NCBI GenBank assembly: GCA_030770535.1
Contig: JASVEC010000025.1
Coordinates: 1-64,000, forward strand
From: Batkoa obscura
Taxonomy: Eukaryota
Length of the DNA stretch: 64,000 bases
Reading direction: 5' to 3'
Below the pieces are notes generated by a model. That model was not told the DNA's origin and did not search any database. It saw nothing but the letters and a program-made list of their open reading frames with translations. Below, piece by piece: positions 24,232 to 38,293 of the stretch. The translations under genes and the position numbers were made by a program. Position 1 is the stretch's first letter, and each line of letters begins with the position of its first letter.

Positions 24232-24556
24232 ATATGTTAGACAGTTAAATAGTTTTTTATAAAAATTATTAAAACTATTAAAAGATTTAAATAAAATTTA
24301 TAATAACTTATAAAAACATCAATGTCATTTTTAGTATTGAATAACAAAGAAATATTACCAAATCTATAATTAAGCCATTATAAATATTGAATAAATTGAA
24401 TATATTAAAAATATAAAAACAATAACTAAATTTAACAATTATAACTTATTTATTTAAAAATTCCAAGCCTTATCGAAAAGGATATGATTATCTTAATCAA
24501 ATCTACAAAACTAAATTCATTGATTGAACTCATTCTTTTCATCTAGAATCAAAAAA

Positions 24557-25247
24557 ATGTTATTACAACCTTTAAAAACGATAACAAGACAAACCACACT
24601 CTTAAGTCAATCTAAAAAGTTGTATCTTCTCCAACCATTACTAACCAATATTATCAAGAAGGTAATACTATTCTCAAAATTAACATATCAGTATAACTAA
24701 CTAGCTTTTTTAGAGTCTCTATCACTCTACCAACTTACAATCAAGAGATTTCTCTCACTCTCACAAAAAACCAGCAACCAAATACCTTGATGGGGACTGG
24801 ACATGTGGCCGTTGTGGTAACCATAACTTTCGTAAAAGAACTAATTGTAACTCATGTGATGCCCCTAAAGAAGCTTATGAAGGCGAATCTCAAATGAAAT
24901 TAATGCGAGGAGATTGGTTATGTATTGAGTGTGATTTTCATAATTTTGCTTATCGTTCTTCTTGTATGAAATGTAATGCTTTGGTTAGCGATGAAGGGTT
25001 GAGGAAGGCAGATGTAGAGATGGTCAAGAAAGGAGATTGGGAATGTAATGGGTGTGGTGCTATTAATTTTTCGTTTAGGAAAAGTTGTTTTAAATGTAAA
25101 GAAGAAAAGGTAGAAGAAAAGGAGGATATAGAAGGTGAAAAAGAAGAAGTTAAGGAAAGCGAAGAGACGGAAGTAAAAGAAGAGATAGAGGAAATTGAAA
25201 AGAGAGAGATAGAAACAGTGAATGAGAATGAAAAGATAGAAAAATAA
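24557..25247 (+). CDS. Triple RanBP2-type zinc-finger protein with presequence-like N-terminus and acidic tail (2 exons)
   Basis: Exon 1 24557-24661, exon 2 from 24714 in frame; three GDWxCxxCxxxNFxxRxxCxxC fingers. Confidence 0.85.
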
Positions 25248-25344
25248 ATTCAATAAAAATTATTTAAAGATAAAAATAAAATACAGATAATATCTATAAA
25301 ATAAAATTTATTATATTTTTAAATTCTAATAATATTAATTTTAT

Positions 25345-26445
25345 TTAATATTTTTCACGAAATAAACGTTGATGAATAATATTCCAATCTAAGGTATTTA
25401 AAAATTGATTTGTATATGATTTGACTTGATTTTCATGATCTAAAATATAACCGGATTGCCACATATTTAAATTTAAAATTGGGATATAATATCCGGTTGG
25501 TTTGTCTTTAGATAATGTAAATGGTAATTTGCTTAATAGTTGTTCATTGATTTCGGTGCTTACTCCTTCAATGCTTTGTAAACGATTGGGTATTAATGGA
25601 TTGCCTATATAATTTTTTATAATTAGTCTTGTTTTTATTATTACTGCTAATTACAATACCTGAGTTGATTGTATTAACAATCTTCAATTCACCCCTAGCG
25701 TCTTCAACTAACCTAAAATAGTTAATTGTTTTTTCAAATTTACTTAAAATAAAAACATACCAAACCCAACCATTACCAAATACACCTTCAGCAGCGGCCA
25801 TAAACTAAAAGAATATAATAAGTTTTGATTCAACTCTATAATAAAGTTCTAACTTACTTGAGATTGAAATCCTTGTAAAGAACCAAAGTTAGCAATAAGC
25901 CTATTTTTTAAATCGGTTTTAATTGGAATTTGAGTTGGACTCTATATAAATTTATAAATTTATAAATAGATAAATATATGCTAAAATGTTAAAGATATCG
26001 TACTGTAAACCTACCAAAGCTTGTAAAAAAAAAGACATATTCCATAATTGAGATGAATAATTAAAAACATTTGTATCATAATATTGGCCACTACTTTTTA
26101 CCATCGTTTGATATAAGTTTTCACTCTCATATTTGGTACCTTTTGAGAATAAATAGAATTAAAATTAATTCTTAATAACATAAACTTATTTTCTTACCTT
26201 CAGTAATATCATTTAATTTATCAGTTAATTGTTCCATTTCTTTAATTATATATTTCATTTGTGTTTTTGGATACAATTTAATGTTTTGTAACTCGGTCGA
26301 GATCGGGATTAAAGTATGCTTTTCTCTACAGAGAGTCTATAAATGAGTGGGTTAAATACATTAATAATGATAAAAAACACAGTGATATTACTTGCAACAA
26401 TCCCTTAACACCTTTTCTTGAAACTAGTTGGAATCTTTGAAGCAT
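25345..26445 (-). CDS. Fe/Mn-SOD-fold protein lacking metal ligands; likely mitoribosomal mS42/mS43 (Rsm26/Mrp1)-like (7 exons)
   Basis: VFNYSSQLWNMSFF, NFGSLQGF, FGNGWVWLV, PILNLNMWQSGY in place of DVWEHAY; basic N-terminus. Confidence 0.82.
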
Positions 26446-26674
26446 ATTAAATGTTATATTCCGTATATATGAAATTAGTCTATTGTCGTATTTTTTAAAA
26501 TCAACTTAATTTTCTATTTTGAAAACTCACTTTTTTTGATAATTTCAAAAATCTTAAAAAACTTCGTTTTTAATTGGTCTATTTACTAAAAACCAATTCA
26601 ATCCCATGAAATAAAGATAGCTTACATTTCATAATTAAATTTTAACAACTTGAATTATTTGAAATATTTGAAAA

Positions 26675-27023
26675 ATGGGTGGTAATCAAGCTCCAGAATT
26701 AAAGAGGTAACAAGTATCCCCATAGTACCTTAACACTTCAAAACTAACGCATGTTTTTAAAGATATATGGACAAACGATTAATGGTCCACATGAACGCAA
26801 AACGTAAAGTTAGTGGTATATTAAGAGGATATGATCCATTTATGAATATTGTATTGGACGAAGCTAGTGAGCTTTTAGATAATAATAGTTATGAGCCTAT
26901 TGGTACTGTGGTAAATTTTAATTTGAGTTTTAGTTTTTAAGGGGAGCTTATTAATGAATGTTTTTATAGGTAATAAGAGGAAATAGTATTGTTCTATTGG
27001 AAACTCAAGAAAGAGTACTTTAA
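26675..27023 (+). CDS. SMX2: snRNP Sm protein G (3 exons)
   Basis: PELKRYMDKRL...RKVSGILRGYDPFMNIVLDEA...IGTVVIRGNSIV. Confidence 0.95.
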
Positions 27024-27848
27024 ATTTAAAAGTGAATAGTTGTTGGCTATAAGTTAAATGGAAATAAATAGGATATTCTGAGTTACTTTTTTTTGAATTT
27101 TTGAGGTTATTGAGACGGTTTAGTAAATGTTTAAAATAATGCTTGTTGGACTTGATAATTACATTTAAATTTGATTTTATTAGATGAGTGTATTTCATAC
27201 CCTATTTTTTTAAAAAAATTATATATTAATTTAACTAACTATTTTAGTATGTAGTAATTTAAGCATAGTCTATATAATATTAATTATCAAAGCGTGTAAG
27301 AATTCGAATCATATATTAAGTTATAGTAATAAATTGGTATAAGAAATTTAAATCCATTCTTTATAATCTTGCTTTTTTTGTTGCAGCCTCTTTGAAAATA
27401 AGCTTGACATTAGTTAAATAAAAACAAAATTTGTGATTATTATCTTTACTTGGTAAACTATCAATTTTATTTTCAAAGGAGTTATACTATTATCTGCTTA
27501 TTTTAGTTAATTTTAGGTTTTCAAAGCTTATTTAAAAATTAAATTAAATTATTTACTTTCATCAATCGCTTAATTGCATCAGTATCCTTGCTTTTGTTCT
27601 TTTTTTCGCTCCTCCTCATCTTAAGCTCTCATCCTCTATTTTACTTATTTATCTCTTATTACTTTCACTAATAGAACATTAGAAAGTTTTTGACTTCAAA
27701 TTTTAAAAAATGATTTAATTTCAATAACATGAAATTGTTCTTTTAACAAAATTATAAGAACTACTAATAGAGATTTAATATGTTTGATTTATACTCTAAA
27801 ATAAATGATAAATTATAAAATGTAAAAATAAATTACAATCTTTTTTTA

Positions 27849-29244
27849 ATATTTCTGTTATTATTTTTTATTTTTTCATTATATGATTCAATTGAGTTTT
27901 CACCAAGAGAGGATCGTGAGGGATGTATGATAACTGAAAATAAAATATATTACTTAGATAGAGTTGTTCAATTTCTAAATTTAAATTATATGAAAATAGT
28001 CTTAAAGTATTTCAATTAGATTTAGAAAAAGGATTTAAGTTAGTCAATAATATTGTACCATGGAGAAGAAAGAATTCGATTAATCCACCAAAGGAGATGA
28101 CAAATGTAAAGCCATTTAAAACAAAAAGCACAAATAGAACAATAGTGAGTTTTCATAATACCGACAATATGAGAAAGTTGTACTTTAATATTATGATATT
28201 GATAAAAATGAATGGGACAACGAATGTTGGATTAAAGATTTGTTTAATGAAAAAAATATTAAAATGATAAATAAATACGAATACAATTTGTATTCAGTTA
28301 TTTTTCAAGATGCTATAAATTCAATGAGTTTCATATGACCGATAATATATTTTTTGATGGTATAAAAAAGATTTTACTATTTCAAGTTTATTGAATATTG
28401 AAACAAAAGAGGGAAAAAAATGATCAGTTTTCCTAATAACAGTGATACTATTCTTGCCTTGTTTGCTAAAACAATCGGCTTTAGTATTTTGAACGAAGCA
28501 AATCTAAAGATTTTCATAGCTCCATATTAAATGAATTAAATTTAGCAAATTCAGAGATAAAAAGTAACACTGTTGAGTTTGATATAGGCCCTCAATCAGC
28601 TTATTTAGTAAAAAGCAATGATTTGATTTATTTGTTTGGATTTATACAAATAAGAAAAGCAATGGCAGTTCATAAATTCGAGCTCAGCTCATTATCAATA
28701 ATAAAAACTAGTTTAGATACAAATAACCTTGGTTGTTCTACATTTTATAATGTTTGTTTAATTAATTTTTTTGGCAAAAGGCTTTTAGGATTTGGAAATA
28801 GAGGACCAGAAAAGATATAAGATAAAATTCAAGTATTAAATATAAATAACTGGGGAGAAATTGATAGCTTATTGTCTTTAGTTAAGGGAAATGATAATGG
28901 CAATACTAACAGCAGTAATGTAAAAACAGAGGAATCAAAAACAACAATCAGGGGATATTAATACTAATATTATTAGAGGAATCGCAGTGACTATATTTTT
29001 ATTAGTAATTCTAATATTGATATTCTAAAAATATAAACAGAAAGAAAAAAGAGCACTAAGTTTTATTTTAGATTCGATTTTTATTGAGAGAACTAATCCA
29101 TTAGATTCTAATAATAATTACAATAATAATGTATTGTATAGCCATTACCACGAAATTGGTAATGTTACTACTACACTACCTGAAAAACTACCAGTTAGGA
29201 TTGTAAGTGTGACAATTATAACTAGGGAAGAAAATCAGTTTTAA
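27849..29244 (+). pseudogene. Pseudogene of the Kelch-like single-pass membrane protein at 51092
   Basis: Colinear nucleotide similarity to 51092-52525 including upstream sequence; ATG is ATA, several frameshifts and stops. Confidence 0.9.
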
Positions 29245-30315
29245 GTAAAAAGTCAAGTTACTAAAACTACAATCACACAATCAATTTTCATATTACTTCA
29301 AAAAATTCCAAAGTTTTGAAAATTAATTATGTATTTTTAAAAGGTCTTTTGTGAAAAAAACAAAATAAGATGCTAAAACTAATAAATGAAATATATAATA
29401 GTTTTTATTTTGTTATAGTTAAGTCTAATGGGAGTTAAGAGGAATAGTGTAATATCTATGGGGAATTCAATGATTGATTTTAGAAAATAAAATTTAAAAA
29501 GAAAATAAAAAACTAAATCAATGTATAAATAATCTTTATTTATAATAATAAAGTACTGTTTATATAATACTGTTTGAAATAAAAGTTATAATAGGACCAT
29601 AATTAACTTTGATATTGTTTTATCTTTAAGTTAATGTTATAAAATTTAACAAAATTTAAAAATTTAGAAAGTTACATAAAATTGTTTTAATTAAAAATAA
29701 TTGTAAAAGTTTCAACAGAAATCTTCTTTCCCAGCCAATTTTAGCAAAATAATAGACTTTCTTTTATAATTAAAAAAAGTGCCAACAAAAAAACAATCAA
29801 GGAACTTGAAAAGCCTAGAAAAATAGTCTGTAAATAGAGGTTATGGTTGCAGTTTAGATAAAGTTGAATCTTAATTAGTTGAAATGGGCTAATCAGTTTT
29901 CATTCACTTTTAACCCAGTTATTATCTAAAAAGAGATTCTTTATCAAAACGAATAAAAATTCAAAAAAGGGTTCCTACTATTCTTGACTATGACCCATAA
30001 ATCAATTGAAACTTGTATGATGTACTTTATTTATTATTCAATCTATAGCTAACATAATTAAAACATAAAGAAACTATTAAAACTTAACTTATTTAAACTA
30101 TTATTATTTTATAAATAATACTATTTTTAGAATACATCAATAATGACTATTAAAACCATAACATTTTATAAAATAGCTTTGCTTCTTTATCAACTTAATA
30201 TCCTTTTTTTATTAATCATTCATGAGAAAGTGCTATTTATCTCTTTCTCAATAATCTTAGTTTGTAATAACTTATCACTATTTGTTCCACTTTTCCTTTC
30301 ATTCTTCTCTTTTAT

Positions 30316-31180
<865 letters not shown>

Positions 31181-31366
31181 TTTAGTGATTAAAGTTATTA
31201 GAAATAAAATAGTCACTAATCATTGAAGAACTCATTCACTCATAAAATCCTAATTTTTGGAAAGCCAATGAGGTTCCAAGTTCAAATTTAAAATTTAAAA
31301 TTCCATTTTAATCAAAAAGATTTGATATTTTATATATCTTAAATTTCAATAAAATTAATAACTATA

Positions 31367-31836
31367 ATGACGGAAGGTAAACTTCTAATTCTATCAACTT
31401 CAAATAACAAAAATAAAATCTCACTAGTTATTTTCCCTCCTTTCAGCTGATAAATCAGTAGGAAACGCTGTCCAAGGTTCCAAATTATTTAAAAAATTAT
31501 GTAGTCAATGTCATAGTATAATCAAAGTAGATAGAAAAACAAACTCTATAGAATCTCATTTTATCTTTAACTTCATTTTTTTTATAGAACTCCGGTCACA
31601 AAGCAGGTCCTAATTTATATGGTGTTATTGGAAGAAAAAGCGGTACAGCTAAAGGTTACTTATATACAAAAGCAAATAAAGATGCAAATATATTATGGGA
31701 TCAAGAGAATTTAAATGAATACTTAAAAAATCCAGTCAAATATATACCAGGTACTAAAATGGTATTTACAGGTATTAAAAAAGAAGCGGATAGAAAAGAT
31801 ATTATTGAGTTTATTAAAAAAATTAGTGAAGAGTGA
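31367..31836 (+). CDS. Cytochrome c, divergent (3 exons)
   Basis: CSQCH haem motif, [16 protein letters not shown] with axial Met. Confidence 0.93.
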
Positions 31837-32025
31837 ATAATTATAATAAAGTAAAGATTAGAATTAGAAAAGTTATTAAATTTAATCTGATTTTAAAATT
31901 TATTTCTTTATTAAAATCAAGAAAGCATAAATAAAAAAGGTAATTATTGTATTGTTGTTATTATTTAAAAAAATAGTCGAAAAAAAGTATAGTCTCTATG
32001 TCTCAAAAGAAAACACTACTTTAGC

Positions 32026-34040
32026 TCATTTCCAAACCTAAATAAACATTTAAGTTATTATTTTTTATAAAACCTTCTAAAAACTCTTACCTTAATTGTC
32101 CTATCCGCACAACCTGAAAATAATTTATCATCCCCGACAACTAGAGAATGTACAAATCCTTTATGACCATATAATGTCATGTCACATTGATTCATCCTAG
32201 GTTCCCATCTTTTAATAGTATGATCAAAAGAACCAGAAAATAATTTTCCTTTACAATAAACTACTTGCCAAACTTCCCAATCATGTCCTTTTAATGTTGT
32301 TATTAATTTTTTATCATTCATGGAATAGACTAAGATAGAAGCATCATAGGTTGAAGCAAATAATAATTCTTGATCATCGCTTATTGTTACATCTAATATC
32401 TCATTATCATTGCTAATAATAGTATCAACACATGTTGAGGTGGAAATGTCCCAAATCTAATTAATATGTTATTATATAATCAATATATTATTACTTTAAT
32501 AATTACAACTTACTTTAATAGTTTTATCACTTGAACCTGTAGCTAATTTATTATTTCTTAAAGCAACAATCGAATTCACATTATCTTGATGTCCGATTAA
32601 TGTAGCTTGTAAATTTAAACTTCTTGGATCCCAAATTTTAACTGTTTTATCACTTGAACCTGAAAATAACTTCCCAAATCGACATAATAAAGAATAAACT
32701 TTACCTAATTTAAATTAAAATATCAATATATTTATAATTATAAACTCCTATATATACATTCTGTTTAATTTAAATTAATTAACTTACCCTGATGTTGATC
32801 CAATACTTTGCTTGGATTATAACTTCTTTCCCCTTCTTTGTAATCCCAAGCTTTAATTAATTTATCTGATGAAGCTGTAAAAAATCGCTTTTCATCTTGA
32901 AATACAGTTAATCCCCAAACGGATGTACAGTGAGTATTATGTTCCCAAATAATTTGATTTTGATTATTAATATCATATATTTTGGTACTACCATCATGAG
33001 AACCTGAAAATAATAAACCGTTGGAATAAGCTAATGAGGTTACCCCACTCGTATGACCAGTTATATTTTGTTCTAATTTAATATCATTGTGGGGGAATGA
33101 AGGCTATTTGTAATGAGATAAAATTAATAAAATATTGAATTTATTTATTTGTTCATTTATTATTATATTACCTGATCAACCAGTTCATCTTCTATTATGT
33201 TATGATTGGAACTTGAAGTTCCATTATTAACCTCAACTATTTTTTTGCTCATTCCATTAACATTTCCATTTTGATTTTGATTTACGAGTATCAGTTTAAC
33301 TTTCTCCAACTCTTTATTTTGCTCCTAAAAGTAATTTGTTAAAACTTTTATCTTATATATTCTAAATACAAAACTCCTTACCAAAACTTTCTCTTCCAAT
33401 CCTTTAATTCTATTTTCCATTACTTTAATAAATGGAAGCATCTTTTGTATTTCACAATTCCTCAAATGTTCTTCTTTTTCTTTTAATGTACCATGAAATT
33501 CACAACCATAAGTTTTATTTGGACATTCTATTGGCGTATATAAACAACTTTTTGTATGTGCTTTATAACCATCCAAACGTATTTTTTGAATACATCCGTA
33601 CATTTGATTTTTACAATAAACCAATAATTCATTGATTAAAGAAGCAAGTGCAAGGTTGGGATGTAAATCTAAAAAAACAATAACATTAGTTTTGGGTTTT
33701 TATAATTTTTTTAAAAATAATTTAATTGAAAATTGAAATGAAGATTAAAGTATTACTTACCTTCACTTTTCAATCGACATCGACATAATGGACAAAATGG
33801 TTCAATATTAATTGATTGATAAATACATTTTGCACAATATGAATGATGACATCGATGGGTTATTAAAGGTTCATGACATATATCTCGACAACTGATAAAT
33901 ATTAAATTGTTATTAATTTTAACTTAGAATTAAGTTGAAGTGAAATCAACTTACACTGGACATAATAAAGAATTGGAAGGTTGATTAACAAATTTTAAAG
34001 TTTCAATATCTGAGTCTTCTATTGTAAGCTCAAAATCCAT
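32026..34040 (-). CDS. TRAF7-like E3 ligase: RING, TRAF-type Zn fingers, coiled coil, WD40 repeats
   Basis: C3HC4 RING (CPVC..CHHSYCAKC..CPLC), LVYCKN..GC..H...C fingers, multiple GH..LFSGS.D.T.K.W repeats. Confidence 0.88.
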
Positions 34041-34320
34041 CTTCCTTTTCTGTTTTCTTAATATAATATTTATATTTGATTGAATTTCAAAAATTTCAAA
34101 TGAATAAAATTTAATACTTTATTTAAAATTCACAGTATTTTAGCCAGTTTTTTTAATTTTATTTTCGAACTTAATTTTCGATCAGATTTTGAATTTTAGA
34201 GAATCATTACTAATCATTAAAAATCAAAATTTCACCTCAAAAAAACATCAAAAACCTCATAACTAAACATAAAACTTTTTATTCCCTGTCAAAAAAAACT
34301 ACTTTATCTTTTCTAATCTC

Positions 34321-37300
34321 CTACCCAAGCGTAGCTCTTTTTCCAATTTTCGCTGGATCCCCACCCTTACCAAATTGAAATTCATCATAACTAAACATAT
34401 ATATCATTAATAAAAATCCTTCAAATTACTATCAATTAAAAAGTAAACTTACATTGCTTGTAGCCTAAGAATTTCATTATACGGTAGTGATGTATTTGTT
34501 TCCCCCATTGCTTTAGATAAATGTTTCCATTCAATTATTATTTTTTCTCCACTTCCTTTCTTTTCTTGATTTGTATCCTCATTGACTTTACCATTCACTT
34601 CTTCATTTAAATGACTATTTATCACACTCCCTTTCTTTTTCATTAAGATTTTAACTCTTCCTTTCAACTTATCCATCTCAGCCAATGTCAATGTATTCTC
34701 TTTACTCCCCTTAGCCATCTTAGCCACAAACAATTCATTTTCATTCTCTTCTTTATTCCCATTCTCTTCTTTCCCCATTATATAATTTTTACCTTCTAAT
34801 GACTCATGGACTGCCTCTAAATGTGAACTATATAACAAAGCTTGTAAATCGGCACCTGTGAAATTATCACATTTTTCAGCTACCATTTCCAATTTTTCAT
34901 TACATTCATCAGATAAATAAAATTTATTAGCATGAGCTTTAAGGATCATCCAACGATCATATTTTGTTGGTAAATGACATAATAATGATTTATCTAATCT
35001 ACCAGGTCTCAATAATGCTGGATCAATTAAATCGGGTCTTGAAGTTGCTGCTAATACATAAACACCATCTAAGCCTTCTGCTCCATCCATTTGTGTTAAT
35101 AGTTGATTGACCACTCGATCCGTTACACCTGTGGAATCATGACCTCTTCGTGGTGCTATAGCTTCAAATTCATCAAAGAATAATACACACGGTTTAGCTG
35201 CTTGTGCTCGTTGAAATAAATCTCGAACCGATTGTTCAGATGCCCCAATGTATTTGTTTAATATCTCGGGTCCTTTTACAGTAATAAAATTTAAATGACA
35301 TTCTTTAGCTATTGCACTAGCTAACATCGTTTTACCACATCCTGGAAAACCATACAGTAATAATCCTGATCGTAAACGTAAAGGACAGTTAGTAAATATT
35401 GCTTGATATTTAATTGGCCATTCTAAGGTTTCTCTTAATACTTTACGTGTTTCTTCTAAACCGCCGATATCTGTCCATCGTACTGTACTACTTTGTAATT
35501 TCACGCCTCTTAAGGATACTGGTATATAATCTTCTTGAGCTGTTTTAAAATCATCATCATTAATTAATAATATTGTTTTTTCGTTAGTTTCTTGCTCTGT
35601 TTTTATTACTCCGTTGACTTTTTTATTGTCTTCATTATGAACAGTAGATTTCATTTGTTTACTTTCATATTCTTTTGATTTTATTGGTTCATTTGTTTCA
35701 TGATTGTCAATTTTACCTGTAAGTTGACGAATAGCTGAATGATGGACTGCTCTTTCTGTTAAAGTAACTAAATCTGCTGGTAAATAACCTTCAGTTGAAC
35801 TAGCAATGGCCATTAAATCAATTTGTGGTAAACTATTTTTAACGGAATCAATATTACTACTACTCATTATAGCTTCTAATATCTAAATAAAAATAAAAAA
35901 TAAAATAAAAATAAAATATAATAATATAATAATAAGTAAATAAATAAATAAATAAATAACTTACTTTTTGTCTTTCTAATTTACCAGGTGGTTTAATATG
36001 AATAGTATTAGTAAATACATGACATTGTAGTAATAATGAATGAATAGATTGAGATTGTTGAGCTGTAGCAATAATAGTAACTTTTGGATAAATTTTACGA
36101 AAATGTAAAATTAAATTAGTTAAACATTCTGCTAATTGTTTGTATCTGAAAGAATCCATATGTTCCATTTCAGCTGGTATTAAAGTATCTAAATTATCCA
36201 TAAACAATACACTTGGAGAATACCATGCTGCTTCATAAAACTGTAACTTTATTTTTTCAATAACATTAGAGACTCTTTCATTAATTAATGTATTACATTC
36301 TAAATTAATACATTTTATTAGTGTGTTTTTATTAATTCCAATTTGATATTTAATTGTTTTTAATAAAGATGTTTTTCCACTTCCTTTTGATCCACAAACT
36401 AATACACCAATTGATTTATGATTAATCATAGTTAATTGTTGATAATAAGGTGAAATAGAACATCGAATTAATCCAAATAAGTCATTAATTATATTATCAA
36501 ATGACCCTAATTTATCAGGTAAATTACTATATTCTTTCATTAATGAATGTTCTTTTTTAAATAAATTAGCTGGTATAAATAAGGCTGTTGTATCTTCTAC
36601 TATTGTTAATTCAAGCCATTTCTTCACCTTCATATGACTAAAATAAATGGCTGTCATTTCATAAATACCAAGATCAATTTGTATCATTAAATTGTGTTTC
36701 ATCTTATTATTCGTTTTATTAGGTAATGATAACATCATACCATGTGTCAATATAAGTTCACTTTCATCTTCATTATTCTTTAATTTTAGCCATTCTTCAT
36801 AAGTAATGTTATCATATAATTATATTATTATTATTATATTATTAATTACCTAAAAAACAAGTCGTAATCCAAGTACTAGAATTTATAGCTGTAGTATTTG
36901 ATTTCATGAATGAAGGTAAATAATCGACTTTTTTTCTAATTTTAAAAAAATAAAATTAACAAACATAATATATTATTATAACAAACTTACTTATTCTCAT
37001 TATTACTATTATTCCCAGATTCTGGAAAGATAGCTCTAATTTTTAATTGTCTAGGTAAAATAGGTTCATTTAATTCAAATGATAATAATAATCTTGAAAA
37101 CAAATTGGCATTCAAATTCAATCCAATTTGATCGGATATTATGATATGTTCTTTGGGCAATGTTAAATCCCATTGAATTGTTACAATTAAGCTATTGTTT
37201 GTAAATTTCATTAAACTACTCACTTTAGCATGTGTATCATTAGCTGCGGTTGGGGTATTATTTTTGTTGCTATTGATATTGTTGGCGGTGACATTAGGGT

Positions 37301-38293
37301 TGTTGGTATTATTTTGTTTTTGATTCACTTTACTATCTTCTTCAGAAAAATCTGTTCTATTTATTAAAGTAACTTTACCCAACTTTGGGAACTCATTAAA
37401 TTGAATATTTTGTTTTAATGCTTCTTCAAGATTTAATATTGAATTAGGATTGACTACAATTGTAAGTTGATTTTCCAGTTTAATATCATCAAATTGTTTA
37501 TCGGTAATAATTCTTAATATTTTATTTGGAAATTTAATATCTTTTTTTTTTAAATCTTCTTTTATATCTTCTTTTTTTTGTAATGGTTGAACATAAATTT
37601 CACTATTTTCAGATAAGGATATAAACTCTTTTTCAGGTTTAATAGTTACTAATATAAAATAGTATTAATTTAAACCATAACTATTGTTATTGTTAATTTC
37701 TTACCTACTTTAACCTTAATAATAGTACCTCTTACCCATAATGGTATCACTTGATCTTTTTTAACTACTCTACATTGATTTAAGAATTCTAGCTCCAATA
37801 CACCAGCGTTTAATTGCTAAATAAAAATTAAGATTAAAAAATCTTACTACTATCTTAATAAAGCTATTACCAAAACCTCCCAATCTTCAATTGAATTTGG
37901 TATAACTTCAACAGATTCTGCTTTGACTGCTTTAGCCATCACTTTGATTTTAACTTTATCATTTGAGCTTAAATTGCAACATTCTGCAAAGTTGGTATCA
38001 ATTAATATATATTCGTCTTCCGTTCCAAATGTTTTCGTACTTAATCCACTCCATGAGACATAGATTTTTTCTTCCAAGTTTTGACCAGTAATCCATTTTA
38101 ATTCGAATACTAAATCATTTTGATTCTAAATTGAGAATGTTAATGTCAGTAAATAAATGATAAATGTTTATTGTAAATTATTAAAACCTCTATCTACCTT
38201 ATGATTTTCTAATGCATTAGAGATACTTTTAGGTACTTGAATTGAGCCATTTTTTAATTGACCTAACCTTAAACTATATTTCTTTTCTACCAT
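34321..38293 (-). CDS. PEX1: Peroxin-1 AAA+ ATPase
   Basis: N-domain (SWSG, V.P.S.EDWE), degenerate D1, D2 with LRLRSGLLLYGFPGCGKT and APRRGHDSTGVTDRVVNQ, C-terminal GKRATLG. Confidence 0.95.

Noticed and set aside
23200..24450. Extremely AT-rich tract as a possible centromere
   Set aside because: Short and without independent support; more likely decayed repeat DNA.
29425..29470. Weak resemblance to the last SmG exon
   Set aside because: Too short and AT-rich to separate from chance.
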